Shown here: one piece after another, positions 1 to 21,916 of the stretch | How the letters are laid out: each line of letters begins with the position of its first letter | Numbering within the stretch: the first letter of the stretch is position 1 | NCBI GenBank assembly: GCA_001244265.2 | Contig: LN717261.1 | Coordinates: 496,001-560,000 of the forward strand | DNA from: Microbotryum violaceum | Lineage: Eukaryota | Reading direction: 5' to 3' | Length of the DNA: 64,000 nt | Notes under the pieces: generated by a model | The model's input: only the letters and a program-made list of their open reading frames with translations | Databases searched by the model: none | Told to the model about the DNA's origin: nothing | Position numbers and translations under genes: made by a program

Positions 1-88
1 GTAGGAGATCAGATCGGCAGGGGGTGCGTCCCCATCGCCTGTTTCGACGTAGAGCGTCGAGCTCATAACCTGAAGTAAAAAGTGCACC

Positions 89-245
89 ACCTATAGAGGT
101 GCAGTGGCAGCAGTAGGACGATACGCAGCAGTGTCAGAACCGATAGTTGAGGAACAAGTGACTAAGTATTGCAACTAACCTATAGAGGTGGCAGCAGTAG
201 GACGATACGCAGCAGTGTCAGAACCGATAGTTGAGGAACAAGTGA
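89..245. repeat. Two-copy direct repeat (~70 bp units, 89-bp spacing)
   Basis: ACCTATAGAGGTG..GCAGCAGTAGGACGATACGCAGCAGTGTCAGAACCGATAGTTGAGGAACAAGTGA at 89-161 and 178-245. Confidence 0.9.
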
Positions 246-384
246 TTAAAGAAAAGCTAAACAAGGGAGTCCGCATTGCGAAGGCATAGGCCCACGCGCA
301 AGAATATAATCCACTCAGACACTAAGTTTAAACCACTGCCTTAAAACCAATCGAGCCCTGGGCGCGCGCCGCGCCTCGTTACCG

Positions 385-1151
385 ATGGCCTACCACTTAG
401 ACAACATTTGCGCTGCCCCTTTACCAGATTATCCTTCTCGAACACCAGTTCTACTCTTCCCAACTCATGTCACCAATCATTGGATACTTGTCGAGGCACG
501 CCTTTCGGATTGCACATTTCGGGTGTACGACTCTCTTTTTGGCAGGGAGAACATGCGCAAGGAGGCAAACAAAAGTCTCGATGTGAGTTCATCCCCATGA
601 CCATCACAAAGCACTTTCAAAGGCGCTCAAACTCTGCGCAGCTGCTGACGTCATTCGCCCTTTCTGCCTGCCAATCAATCATCACTTTCTTGGAAACTCG
701 TGCAGAGAGACCGATAGAGCGCATCACTGGAGGCATCGATCGACCGACGGTCCCGTACAGAAATTGGAAGCGATTGATTGTCAAAGCGGCGAAGGCCGGC
801 GATCAGCCTCAACCGGATAGATATCCTCAACAGACTGATGGCAACGCGTGTGGGGCGTTCGTGTGCCGAGCGATGATAACCCTGGTATGCGCAGCAGTCG
901 CCAAAATGGAACCCGATTGGAGCTGGGGCCCACAGGTTGAGCCGGGAAGATTTTATTCAGAGCTTCGAGACTATATGTTGGATGTCACCCTGCACTCTCG
1001 TCTACGATGCGACATGAGCTCGTCTTGGTTTTCGGGCTCGCCGGAGTCTCCAACCGTCTCGTGTGCTACTCGTGATCCAGACAACACAATGGATAGCAGG
1101 AAGCCTCATGGCAATACACAGCCTGGAGATCACCTCGGTGAGTTCGAATAA
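385..1151 (+). CDS. Ulp1/SENP-like (C48) cysteine peptidase catalytic domain, spliced, probably partial and transposon-borne
   Basis: First frame gives PVLLFPTHVTNHWILV..FRVYDSL (His, Asp). After a GTGAGT donor at ~583, the 408..1151 frame gives PQQTDGNACGAFV (oxyanion Gln, catalytic Cys). True start unclear. Confidence 0.65.
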
Positions 1152-1382
1152 GATATTGAAGCTCCTGCATGCTCTATTGTCCTAAGGAGCTCTGCTCTTC
1201 TCCTCCTCCTCATGTCCCTTGTTGTTTCGGAATGACTCACCCCTGATCTCATCACTCGGCCATTGTTTCGTACCAAACTACTACTCTCCCTGCCTTGCTG
1301 CCCTTCGCTCTCTCGTATGTAACATAGGATACTCGACGTAAGTGCTACCAAATCTGTCCTGCGAATGTTATTCAAAGTCCCT

Positions 1383-1553
1383 ACCCTTTGCACCGATCCC
1401 GATCCCTGCTACTGAGACTTGCGCCTGTTTTAAGAAGAGCTTGGTGTCAATATCTCAATATCTAGTTTAGTTTATGCTTGACGGGGGCAGAAGTGCTGAC
1501 AATTTATTTTAGTGCGGAGAATGCTCTCTGCTTCAAGTTTGAGCACTCACCGT
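1383..1553 (+). repeat. ~170-bp segment shared with the interior of the KDZ element (54224-54394)
   Basis: ACCCTTTGCACCGATCCCGATC...CTTCAAGTTTGAGCACTCACCGT occurs at both places with about 10 substitutions. Confidence 0.9.
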
Positions 1554-1621
1554 CCACTGGGTTGGAGGCAAGTCATGCCATGCCATGAGTCATGAGTCAG
1601 GACCGAGCCCTTGCGCAAGCG

Positions 1622-1624
<3 letters not shown>

Positions 1625-1666
<42 letters not shown>

Positions 1667-1760
1667 CTGTCTCTTGTCTCTTTTTTTTTTTTTTCGCGCC
1701 CGATTCTCGTGTCCCTCCCGGCGCCTCATTTTTTTTCTCTATCTTTTCTTTTTTTTTTCC

Positions 1761-1794
<34 letters not shown>

Positions 1795-1880
1795 CTTTTC
1801 TTTTCTTTTCTTTTCCTTTCTTTTCTTTTCTTTTCCTTTCTTTTCTTTTCTTTTCCTTTCTTTTCCTCTCCTCTCCTCTC
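1625..1880. repeat. Poly-T and (TTTTC)n low-complexity pyrimidine tract
   Basis: Long T runs followed by TTTTC/TTTCC units. Confidence 0.95.
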
Positions 1881-2202
1881 CCCCACCCCCCGACATGGGT
1901 ACGGGCCCAAAAGTTTCGCGAGTGTGGAGGCAATAAGCACTGCCGTTCGAGCGAAACGAATAAGGTGCAGAAGCGAACAGGCATTTCTCTCGCCTACTCC
2001 ACTCTAAGTGCATGCGCGCCACCCCCAGGGGCGGCCCACCCATCCTGGCGACGCAAGACTTCTTGTCTTTGGACAGCCCGGCGTCACCCGGCGTTGAACT
2101 TAGCCTGTTCCCATCTCTGGTGTCGCTCTCCGAATTCATCGGTTACAATTATCGCACGAGTAGCTACAAGCTCACCCCCGGACTTGGTCCTCTTTGCTCA
2201 TC

Positions 2203-4006
2203 ATGTCCTCCAATGACTCGACACCGGTCGCGCGAAACAGGAAGCGTCAGTCCCCACCCCATCACGGACGATGGCACGGCTAATCTCGTGACAGGAGCCT
2301 GGCAGGGTCCCCTTTGCTGACTCTACCACTCCATCACTCCACCCACCGCATTGCTAAATCGACTCAGCCCTACCCTTCGTCTATCAGTTTACTGCGGGTG
2401 CAATCGCTGGTGTCACCGAACTGTTGTGCCTCTACCCGCTAGGTCCGTCTCTCGTCTCCTCGGCATGTCACAGCCCGAACCACGATTGTTATCGCTGCTG
2501 ATCATCCCTCCCTCGCACACCCTCTCCTTCTCCCCTCGTTCCGTTGCGTCTGCTCCAACCGTTTTCGTGTGCAATCGCGGGCGTCTACCAGATGTGGTCA
2601 GTCTGCGCGACAAGATGCCCTATGGTCTCGTTGAGTTGCGTCTCAGCCAAGCCAACACTCTGTCCTCCCTTTGCCATCTGCGCCCCCCCCCCCCGGGCCA
2701 TGCAGGTCAAGACCCGTATGCAACTTCAGGTCGGAAAACCCGTCGCTGGTGCGGAGCATTACAATGGGATGGTCGACTGCTTCAAAAAGATTATCGCTCG
2801 CGAGGGGTCAGTTCACAGATGCGATCCGGTCACGGCTCGAAACAGGGACACTCATGTGGAACTGCTGCCTCCTTGATCAGCGCCGGCCGCCTATACCGGG
2901 GACTCGTGCCGCCGCTGATGCTCGAGGCACCCAAGCGCGCCGTCAAGTTCGCTGCCAATGATTTTTGGGGCAATACGTACAAATCGGCACTTGGAACTGA
3001 CAAGATGACCCAGGGGCTGTCGATCCTCACGGGTTGCAGCGCTGGGGCCACGGAAAGTGTGGTGGTCGTGCCTTTTGAATTGGTCAAGATCCGACTGCAG
3101 GACAAGAATAGCACCTATAAGGGGCCGATGGATGTTGTGGGCCAGATCGTGCGCAAGGAAGGCTTGTTGGGCCTCTATGCCGGTCTCGAACCTACGTTCT
3201 GGCGGTACGTCGACCCCCGCGAACCTCTGTTGCTCAGACTGACCTGTTTTGCGAGCCCCCTACGCTTTAGCCACGTGACATGGAACGGAGGATACTTTGG
3301 GTGCATCTTCCAAGTCCGCGCTCTGATGCCTAAGGCCAAGGTTTGTCAACCCGGGTCTGGTCTGCGTTTTGACATTCTGCGGGCTGAATCAAGCCGTTGA
3401 AGACTTGTCCTAAACAGAGCAAATCTGGCGAGCTGTTCAACAATTTCGTGTCCGGTGCCATTGGTGGCTTCGTTGGAACGGCATTCAACACCCCATGTAC
3501 GTTTACTCGATCTTGGTGCTTGCCTTCTTCCTTTCTGTTTCTTTTTCTTCCCTCTTTTGTCGCTCCCCCTTGTTCGTCTTCTTCCTTTTGCTTCGGTATG
3601 GGCTGACCTCAGATCTATCACCTTGAAACATCAGTTGATGTGGTCAAATCCCGCGTGCAGAACTCGATCAAGGTCCGTAGAGCTGACAGACCCTGCCATG
3701 CCTTTTCTGTCGCAAATCAGAACGCTGAGCGAATCTTGCCATGCTTACGGCTCCTCCATCTGCGTGACCTTCGCTCTCTGGATTGTGTTCTCATGATGCT
3801 GCCCGCAGGTTGTAGAATCGACTCCCAAGTACAACTGGACCTTCCCTTCTCTCCTGCTCATCGCTCGGGAGGAGGGTATTGGCGCGCTCTACTCAGGGTT
3901 CGTGCCGAAAGTACTTCGACTTGCGCCTGGTGGCGGAGTGCTGCTCCTCGTTGTGGAGTTCACACTCGGCGTGTTCAGGAAAGAATTGGGATCCCCTTAC
4001 ATTTGA
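2203..4006 (+). CDS. ODC: Mitochondrial 2-oxodicarboxylate carrier (ODC1/ODC2, SLC25A21 family), multi-exon
   Basis: Spliced reading MSSNDSTPVARNRK|PLPFVYQFTAGAIAGVTELLCLYPL|..VKTRMQLQ..EAPKRAVKFA..PFELVKIRLQ..WNGGYFG..PKVLRLAPGGGVLL..SPYI*. Carrier PxD/ExxK motifs and GT-AG introns. Confidence 0.9.
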
Positions 4007-4046
4007 CAAATCTAATGATGTGCGCATTGTTGTGCAATCGAAGCTC

Positions 4047-6965
4047 TCACTTCTGAAAACCAAACTTCATCTTTTTGGATTCAGCAGAGATCTTTGACAC
4101 GGTAGATTGGGTCCGAAGTTTGTCGATGGAAGCTTCGATGCTGTCGGCCCATTGCAGGACGAGGTGACGGCCTAGTAGATGAGTGTGCTCAAGCGCGGCC
4201 AAAGCGAATTGCTCATCTCGGTGAGTCGCAAAGTCGACAAAAGCCAATCCTCTCGTCTTGTGATCGAGCTTGCGAGGAAGGCGGACCGATCGAAGCTGTC
4301 CGTACGCACTACGGGTGTGATCAAGAACATAGTTCGGAGGGGTTAGAGGCAAGGTTGTTCCGGGCGGCGCGCGGCACATGGCAGCGACCATGAAAGTACT
4401 AACCTGAACAGCTCGCGGATCTCCTTTCGGGTAATCTCGAAGGTAGGTTTTTAACGAGCAGCTTTGTGGAGTTTCCAGACCCTGACGGCACTCCTGATTC
4501 TGCCGTCGAACTCTTGCCGTCGCCGCCACGATGCGCAATCCGAATTTCGAGCTGATAGCCATCAAGAAGCAGGCCATCCCGCACAGTCTTTGCGTGTTGT
4601 GCAGCAGATGGCGTTCGAAACCCAACGAACCCAAAGCCCATGCTCAGGGAGCGACCAGGCGTAACGGGATCAGGTTTGTTCTGAACACGCGCGAACACAA
4701 ATTCTTGCAGGTGTTCGAATGAGGATCGAAGCGCCTCTGTCGTGGTGGCGAAAGCCAGGTTCTTGACGAAGAGGGTGCTACCGGCCTCGGCGGCCATGGC
4801 AACGTCGTTCGTATCGAAAACGCGTTCGTTTGGCTTGGCGCTCGGTGCGACAGGTATTGAGTTCAAGGGGAACTTGGGGGCGTCCTCGCCCAACCTGTCG
4901 CTTGAGGCGACCGCCCGGATCCCTGCGGGGGCTTTCTCGAGGTATAGCACACTTGACCCAAGCTTCTTGTACGCAAGCTGTCGCCAAGCGGCAGAGGCTG
5001 AAGAGGCGTCGCCCATCTCGACAACGGCCATAGTCCCGCTGGGCGGCAAGAGAAGGCGCATCACTGAGCCAGACAGAGCGAACATATCTTTCAATATTGC
5101 GTAGCTTGTTCCGAAGGGGATGTTTTGACGAGGATTGTGGTGGTCGACCTTGGCCCACGTGAGGCGAAGGACGAGATGTTCACGCCAGCCTGTTCAGAAC
5201 GTTCGTGAGATCAGTGAAATTGGGATTGCCCAGGTTTGTGGGCCTGCAAACGAACCGACTGGAAATAGTGCTTCGTCTCGGTTATCACGTGAGTTTCGGC
5301 GAGAGCGACTCGGACGGCAGCGCTATCCACAGTGGGATCCAGCAGTGTTGCTTTTGACAAGCCCAGACGATCCGACACCGATGTCATAACGGCATCACTC
5401 TGAACGATTATGAGGCAGATTGGCAAAGGCTCAGTGGTCGTGGTCGTGGAAGCTTCTCGTCAAAGCTCCAAAGGCGGCTCACATTCATGTAAAGAGTCGC
5501 CCATGTCAGACGAGAGACGGAGCTCGCTTTGCGAGTTTCGAGGCGCCCGTCTCGCACGCTCCTATCGACGCGCGGAGAGTCTGCGACGTTGTATCCATTG
5601 CTCACGGCCGGAATGATGTGGAGAAGACGACCTTGGAAAGACCGGCTGTCCAAAGCCCGAAACGCGGCAGCCGCACAGTCTGATGCTGTGAATGTGACAT
5701 ATGCGAATCCTTTCGACGACTTTGAGGAGTCAACCGGGACATGGACCTGAAGGCGTATCATCGGATCCAGCCAGGCATGGCATACGTTATGTGCACAGAG
5801 CACCCATTCAGATGAAGCTCACGTCGCTGATCTCGCCAAAGCTACCCAGCGCATCGCGCAGGTCTTGTTCGGCCACCGAATATGCAAGGTTGCGAAAAAA
5901 CAGTCGACCATGCCCGAGAAGCAAGGCCATTGCCCGGTCTCCATCGGCAGGGCTTGCCAAAAGATCCGCGAGATCCGCATTCTGCATGAACGCCTACATA
6001 TGGGTATTGAGTCGTCAGTCGCTGCACGTGCGCGAGAGGGTACACAGGGTGATAAAGAGAGGCGCCGCTACATACTTCGTGCCGGATCTCTGTACCCGGT
6101 GATTGGGCCCGTTCTGGTAAAAGAGTTTGCACCCCGAACCCCTCGCTCGAGTCTTCGTCGTCTAAGCCAATTATCTTTCGACGCGAAAAGTATTTTTGGT
6201 CCGAAACCGAATCGTCCCGAGCTGCTGCATCGATCACAGATCCGCCCTCGGTGCTCTCGCCCACTCCGGTCGCAGATGCATGGTTGCAACCATGCAGGAA
6301 AAGTGGCGGAGCGACAGAGTCGGAAGTTTTGGTTTCGACTCGAGCTCCGGTTTCTCGCCCAGGCCAATGCTCGTGAAGGGCCTTTGGTCGCAAATTGCCG
6401 CTTGTGTGATTCGGGAAACCAGGACCGGCTGGTTGATCCAGGATTTCGAGCGCACGATTGCGACGAGGTGCCATAACCGACATGAATTCGAGGAGTCGTG
6501 CATCGTCGGCGTCTCTGGCCATGCGGGACGCTGGAGTCGTGCTTGGCTGCTCTCTTGCCAATCTTGCCTTCTTGCGAAGTGGAGGAGCTCCGCAGGTCTA
6601 TACAGAGCGGATATCACGCAAGTCAGTCCTATGTCGGCGGCAGAAGGGAGACACGGATCGGTTGAACGGGACGCAACAACCCACATCCTGTGCCCAATCA
6701 ACCTTGACGCGGGCGCCGCCGCCTGCACCCAACTGTGCTGGAGCCAGGACAGCACTCGGTCTGCGTCCTGATGCGACTTGAATCCGAGGAAAGCGAGGCG
6801 GCGTGACGTGCCGTCAGGCTTTTGCAGCACCTTAACGTCGGTGAGCTCCGGCGGCGATGGTGGACAAAGCTGCACGTGCTGGCGGAGATGCGCATCCTGG
6901 ACAGAGCGTGCCAGGTTCGTCACGATGAGCCGCGTCCGGTCCGCCTGTACTGGCTGTGAGGCCAT
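4047..6965 (-). CDS. MRD1: Multiple RNA-binding domain protein 1 (Mrd1/RBM19), five RRMs, multi-exon, three apparent 1-nt deletions
   Basis: RRM1 TRLIVTNL..SRRLAFLGFKS; RRM2 KGFAYVTF..SFQGRLLHI..WATLYMN; SAAVRVALAETHVI; RRM3 LLLPPSGTMAVVE..LAYKKLGSSVLYLEKAP; RRM4 STLFVKNLAF..LSMGFGFVGF; RRM5 YGQLRSVRLP..RGLAFVDF..THLLGRHLVLQWA. Confidence 0.92.
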
Positions 6966-7111
6966 TCTGGTTTGCTTCGTAGACTTTGGTGGGAGAGCCG
7001 ATGTATGGTATAGTGCGATTTTAGTTATGTACGTGAACAAGTGTTTGTGCGTCGACGGAGCGCGGGCTGACGATGGCGCGCGACTCTAGGCAGAGCAGGA
7101 CCCCCGAAAGC

Positions 7112-10088
7112 CACCTCGGGCAGACATAAAAAATACGCCTCAACAGGCGCGCGCGCAGCGCCCCCTTACGCGCCTTCCAAGTCACTGCCCCAGCGGGGTG
7201 CAGCCTTGCTACCCCAGGGCGCCGACTTGCCCCAGGTTACACCCAACTCTCTGCTTCGAGTCGATTCTGTGTACACACAACACTCTAGCAGCTGCTAGAT
7301 TGATTGGGAAAGTGGGTAGTAGATGCATTCCTTCCTTCATAGCATCTTTCGGATGTCGTCAATGTCACGTGTCCGAAGCGGTCGCGCGGGATTTCGGTCC
7401 CGAGATCGAAGGGTCCGAGCACACGCGTTGGCGGCAGTCGGCAGTCGGCCACGCGCGCCGAGGCCTAGCGGAACATGCGAGGGACCTTCCACTTGACATG
7501 CCGCCTCACCTCGTTGCTTTCGCTACAGCTCATTGTAGCGTCGCCATCGACTGTACAGGCCCCACGGCTCGCGTTCGTCCTCTCGCTCCCTCTCGCTCAT
7601 GCACTTGACTCGGCGTCGCCATGCCGCCGAAGAGAAGATACAAGTCCAAACCGTCGGTCTATCAATTGCAGGTCACCTTCTGTGCCTCCGAGTCGCGGTG
7701 TGCTACGAATGTTGAACGCTTGGCCCAACTAGGGTTCATCTCTTCGACCGCTTCAATGCCGATGACCGCCTTCTCATTTCGACTGGTCGAGCAGGCCCAC
7801 GCGAGCTGGAAGGTCAGCCCCCGCGCTATCACCGGCTATGCGGACGGCCTCAAAGAGTATTACTCCCGTTGTGGGTGGGTCGGGGTCACTATACGGGACA
7901 TCCTTGGGTGAGTTTGGACGCTGCCATCGTCTCATGGGCACATGCTTAAAGCCTGCCTTCCGCGCATACAGGACAAAGACCTTCGGAAGCAACGCGATCG
8001 ACGAGTACCGCGCTCTCGAAACATAGGAGGACAGTGGGGACCTTCTCGCAGGCACCGTCGATTCGTTCTAACAAGTGTCCCGCGTGCTTCGGGCCAACGT
8101 GACTTAATCAACCTTGTCACGACGTCACATTGGATTGCGTGCTTGCATACGACGGCAACTTTCAGCACATGCGTGAGAAAAAATCGAACCACGACCAGAT
8201 TGTTCCGGACACTTTCTTGGGTGAGGAAGAGGTTCAGGCGATGAAGGCCGAGGTTGAAGCTTCGGTGCGGCCGACCAAAAAGGTGAGCAATGCCGCTTTT
8301 TGCATTTGCCTTAATGGGATCGCTTACCTCTACACCCAGCCACCCTCGTAGGCGTGCACAGAGTCGTGGAAGGCTGCCGACGACGGAGCTGCTCCGACCA
8401 CTCAGATCGTACTATGCGCTTGCCATCCTCAAGCACATCTCAGAGCGCCTTCCTGAAAACGCCAAGATCGGAGTCTTATACGACATTGGTTGTAACTTTA
8501 AGCACCATACTGAAAAGGTATGCTTCAATCACGACGCGTCCCTTCCTCCTTAGTCTCGTTGGCACAGACCAAATGTGCCTACTTTCTAATCATTTGTCAC
8601 CAGAGGCAGCTCCTGCCAAAGCTTTTCAAGCGACTGGAGTTCGCCACGAGCGTCTTCCATGCATGCACCCATATCTGGTCCTGCCAAGTCGATTTCAGCC
8701 CCCGCCTCATTTTGAACTTCGGGTTGACTGATGGAGAGGGCTGTGAGCGATTGTTGAGCGGGCTACGGTCGCTCATTCCGAGGAGTAGCAGCTGTGCGCG
8801 CCAAGGATCGAGTCGGTGAGGAGAAAGCGCTGATCGGCGCCGAGGTGCGGCAAGCTTTGGCTTTGATCGAAGATGTAAAGACCTGTATCACTAGTTGCCA
8901 AACACTCTGGACTAACGTGTCGGGTAAGTTTTCGATACAGCGTGCTCCATATAACCTCTTATGTCGCCCTGACATCTTTCAAACTATCCCAACAGATACC
9001 CTTCTTGAATCGATCGACGCAGCTGATGCCAAGTCTATATTCGGCACTGAAGATGTTGAAGAGATCCGAGACCGCGCGCTCATTATACTGGATCGCCGGA
9101 TGGAGCTTCTTCAGCTGCACGAATGTTCTTGGTCCCAGAACGACCATTTTTTCGATGTTTGGCTCGACACTCGCGGGCAGTCAGAGGGCGCTTCCGAGCC
9201 CATGCGTCCTGCACTATCAGAATTTCGTGGTTTACATCAGCGATTGAACGCGACGGGAAGGATTGTCGAGAAGGCGAAACATCACCAACTACCTGCACAT
9301 AATCAATCGAGAACACGCGGTCCTATGGAGACATCTGGCCTCGACGACTCGGTGCGGCCTGCACCGCTGGCCCGTGACGTTCAACAAGTGCGGGTCATTC
9401 AGGCGCAGATGGATATGAGTGACCAGATTCAACTCGCAAAGGAGGTGGGGCCTTTCTCCGCATAACTCCTCGAGCAGGACGGTGAGATGGGCAGCTCTTT
9501 GGGTGAAAGCTACGGCGATGAATTCGCTGGTCAGGAAGACGAATACTTCTCGGGCGTTCAGACCAGCTTCTGATGTAGATTGAATTTGTGGAGCAACTTA
9601 ATGTTGAAATAATGGACATGGTGTTTGCAAACTATAGTCGTCTCAATTGCGGTGGGTGAGAGTAATAACACCGTCTTATAGAAATAAATATTGTCAGACC
9701 TAATCTCTGGGCTGCGCCTGCCTTACTAGGCTCCTGCTGGGTGACTTGCCGGGTGACTTTTCAATTAAAGCGCATGCAATTGCTCGAGTACCTAGAATGT
9801 CTACCACGTGAAAATGGGTGAGGGGGTTTGGTCAATATAGAGAATGTATCTCCTACCCTCAGACAGGGTTGAATAGCAAAGTTGGCATGTGCGTGCAACC
9901 CCTTCTTCCAAACAAGATGGCTCGGCGATTTCCCTTACCAGTGCCGGGTGACTGTCGTCCAATCAAAGCGCATGCAACTGCTCGAGTACAGAATGTCTTC
10001 CACGTGGAAACAAGTGAGTGGATTTGATCAATATAGTGAACCTCCTACCTTCGGACAGGGTTGAATAGCAAAGTTGGCATGTGCATGC
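7112..10088 (+). mobile_element. KDZ-type DNA transposon copy 1 (left TIR plus transposase; right half lost)
   Basis: Starts CACCTCGGGCAGACATAAAA like copy 2 and is near-identical to 50736-~53700. It is cut at 10089 by a Copia LTR and does not resume. Confidence 0.85.
7621..9573 (+). pseudogene. KDZ (Kyakuja-like) transposase, spliced, internally deleted
   Basis: Motifs TAFSFRLVE (CxC1-like region), YDGNFQH, CTESWKAA, YALA..GVLYDIGC, FHACTH..CQ..GLTDGEGCER; acidic tail. Confidence 0.8.
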
Positions 10089-11598
10089 TGTTGGAAGGGA
10101 CTGCGTGAGCAGTAATGGCTAGAAGCGTCTTTGGGGTTTTTGGGTAGTTTAAGCCATTTTGGCCAGGGAGGCGCGGACTGCGTCAGCGGCGGTGCGGAGT
10201 CCTCTTGATTGGTTCCTCACCAATCATTGACTCTGCTATCGACCGTTGACTGAAGTTCGTGTTCTCGTCTCCCTGGACCAAAGATCGCCTCGCACCGAAA
10301 TTTAACTTGGTAGCGTCTGATCAGTTCAACCGTGAGCTTAAATTGTGGTGCACAATCATCGAAAACACAACTGGTCAACAAACCGGAAAAGCACAGCCAA
10401 CGATGTCCAGAAAGGCTGAATCCCTCGAATCCATTGGTCTGCTCACCCGCATCAACTGGCCGGCATGGGCGCCTGCGATGCGTCTTGCGCTGCAGTCAAT
10501 CAGCGCATTCCGCGTCGCAACCGGCGAGCAAAAGAAACCGCCCGCCTCGCAGCCGCCCAATCAGTCGCTCAAGAATTACACGTCCTTATGCAACGACTAC
10601 GATGAAGGACGCTAAAGGGAGGACTTTGATTCGGTCACATGTTGATGAGAACATGTGGTTCAAATTGAAGGGATCCGCCGTCGACGCCAGCTTGCATCCA
10701 GTCTGGACCGGGCTCGTGCGAGCCTACGAGACCAACTCCGTCCCGTTCGTGGGGACCAAAACCCTGCGAGCGTACTGGAACCTTCGCTACGAGCCAGGAA
10801 CGAGCGTTACATCGTTCATGACCGAGGTGGAACGACTCGGTGAACTGTGCCACCGGCAGAAAAAGTCGTTCTGGAAGCAACAGCTTGGGATCGGCACCGA
10901 GGAACTGCAGGGCTTCTACGCCCAGATCATTGACATCCTTGGTGAGGAACGTGGCAAAGCACTTTTGTCGATGGTGCTACACGTCGACGATTTTGCCATC
11001 AAAACCGTTCTCATGGAGCAGCTTCCCGAGAAATACACGTTCGCATTCCGCAAAGAAAAGGACGTCGACTTATTCCTCGAGAAGGTCCGAACCGCTTACG
11101 ATGAAGACGTCATCATGAACGGTGCCAACGACAAGGAGCAAACTGAGGCACCTGCGAGCGCACTCGCCGCGGCTCGCCAAGAGGCCGATCCGGGTCAGGC
11201 ACCGCCTTGCAACGGCAATTGCGCTTGCGGACAGCAACCCCACGCGTTTGCGACAGCTGGTCAGCCCAGGGGCCACGCGGGTCGGAAGCCATAGAAACCA
11301 CCATGGCGATCGACAAGTTCTTGTGGAAGGCGATCATTCTTGCTAGGATTCCCAGAGATATTGCCGAGCGCGTCCAACACCTCGACAACGAGTCGCTCAT
11401 CGACGCCGCTTGCGACCTCTGGAAGGAATGCCTGGATCGCGAGAAAAAGAATGCAAGCACCGCCAAGCCCGAACAGCCCCAAGTGTTTTTGATCACACCG
11501 GGATGCGTGCCGGGATGTTGTTGCCCATCATGCCAGCCCAACCTTTACCCAAAAGTCCTTGCAGCGCAAGCAGTGCAACCACTGGCAGCCAAGAAGAA

Positions 11599-20460
<8,862 letters not shown>

Positions 20461-20709
20461 GAGGTGTTGGAATGGGTTGGTGCAACAGAAGACAATCTTG
20501 TCTGTGAGCACAATGGGAGCCAACTGGGTTGAGGCGGTGATTGTGAGTGAGAGCAAGGCCAGGGATTCTTGGGCTCAGTATTCATTAGAAAGTGTCCAAT
20601 TGGTTATTGCTTAGACGTTGTTAAGCTCCGCGCGCAGAAGCGGCTTAGTTTCTCCCCATCCGCTTCTCAATGTGCTTTTGCTGATCAGGGAGTCGATTTC
20701 CTCAACGTC

Positions 20710-21598
20710 TCCAAGAACTCTATATGATGGTGTTCCTCAAAGTGGGGGAACGGCTCAAGGATTCCTTACGGAGGGGCTCGACGTAAGTGTTCCAGATGTA
20801 GCTGCATGCATTACATGTAATCTGGGTTAGCAGACAAATTCCGATTTGGTTCACCAGGCCACGTATGCTCGCCAGTCAAAAGTGCCGCCCAAGGGGCTGT
20901 CAAGATATCCCTGCACAATTATGTCTGCAACGCCGCTGAGAAATTGTTTGTATGCCCTGCAAGTCTTGTCCTTGGCGTCACGCTGCTCCGCATTGCGGAT
21001 CCTGACAAAAGTAACCTATAGGAGACAGGCGAGGCTTTTCGAATCAGCGCTTAGCATAGGAGATCGTGGTGGTAGTGAATTACTTACTCCGAGGCACCAG
21101 AACATGATATGTTTGTCACAGAAGGCCAGTGAGTTGTCAAGAAAGGTGATCATCAAAGAGAGCGGATCGCGCTGCTTCTTGATTTGGTCGCTACTAGTCT
21201 TGTTCAACTGAACCGAAAACATGGGTTTCAGTCGCATTAACTGTATAGCTTCTGCTATCTTGCCTCGACTCACATGCCCGATATAGTCTGACCTTTCATC
21301 AGCCATGGCAAGAGTGAGCGCCCTCCTAGTGTTTTGACAATATAAGGCAGAGGTTTCTTCGAGTTCGGTCTTAGTCAGTCTAACTTCTCAATGTCTGTTC
21401 AGCTTTAGTGGTAAGAGTTCCACGCTCATTGTTCAAGCGCGCATCCGTGCATTCTAGTCCTGACTCAGCGTCAGCCGATCCTAGCCTCTCAGGAGCGCTC
21501 AGCGTATTTTCCTAGCCTCTCCGGAGCGCTCAGCGTATTCCTAGCGTCCTAGGTCTCTCCGTGAGTTCCTCAGAGCCCTTAGCCTCTCTAGAGGGCAG
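20710..21598 (-). mobile_element. Terminus of an unclassified TIR-like element with subterminal tandem repeats and an unknown spliced ORF
   Basis: Ends GAGGGCAG before TATATA, matching the CTGCCCTC terminus at 26607. CTAGCCTCTC..GAGCGCTCAGCGTATT repeats at 21481-21590. Minus-strand ORF from 21306 with a GTAAGT donor. The left boundary is approximate. Confidence 0.4.
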
Positions 21599-21604
21599 TA
21601 TATA

Positions 21605-21916
21605 CTGCCCACACCGTCAGGCAAGGCACTGGGCAGGCCTGCGCGAGCGCCAGCCTGAATATTCGAAACCAGTATTGAGCTCGGGCCGCCTTGTTTGAGG
21701 CAGGTCTGAGCCGGATGCGGGCGGTGTGGGTCAGCGCGCGAGGCCGGGCCCCTTACTCGCATGTTTTGGCCACAGCCCACTCAACTCACACTCTAGTCGT
21801 AGGCTGGGCTGGCGGTAGCATACTCCTTTGTGGCGATTTTACACCCTCCTTTGCAAGCAGCTTGAGCTGCTCCAGTCCTGTATTCATCGCAACCCGAGTG
21901 CCTTGCCGCTGGTGAG
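21605..21916 (+). repeat. 312-bp inverted-repeat arm (partner 26612-26923)
   Basis: Reverse complement of 26612-26923 with about 4 mismatches; preceded by TATATA. Confidence 0.95.

Noticed and set aside
1547-2216. Poly-Phe and poly-Lys ORFs
   Set aside because: Translations of the poly-T/(TTTTC)n tract.
21691-21915. 74-aa ORF duplicated at 26613-26837
   Set aside because: Non-ATG frame inside the inverted-repeat unit with no recognisable protein features.
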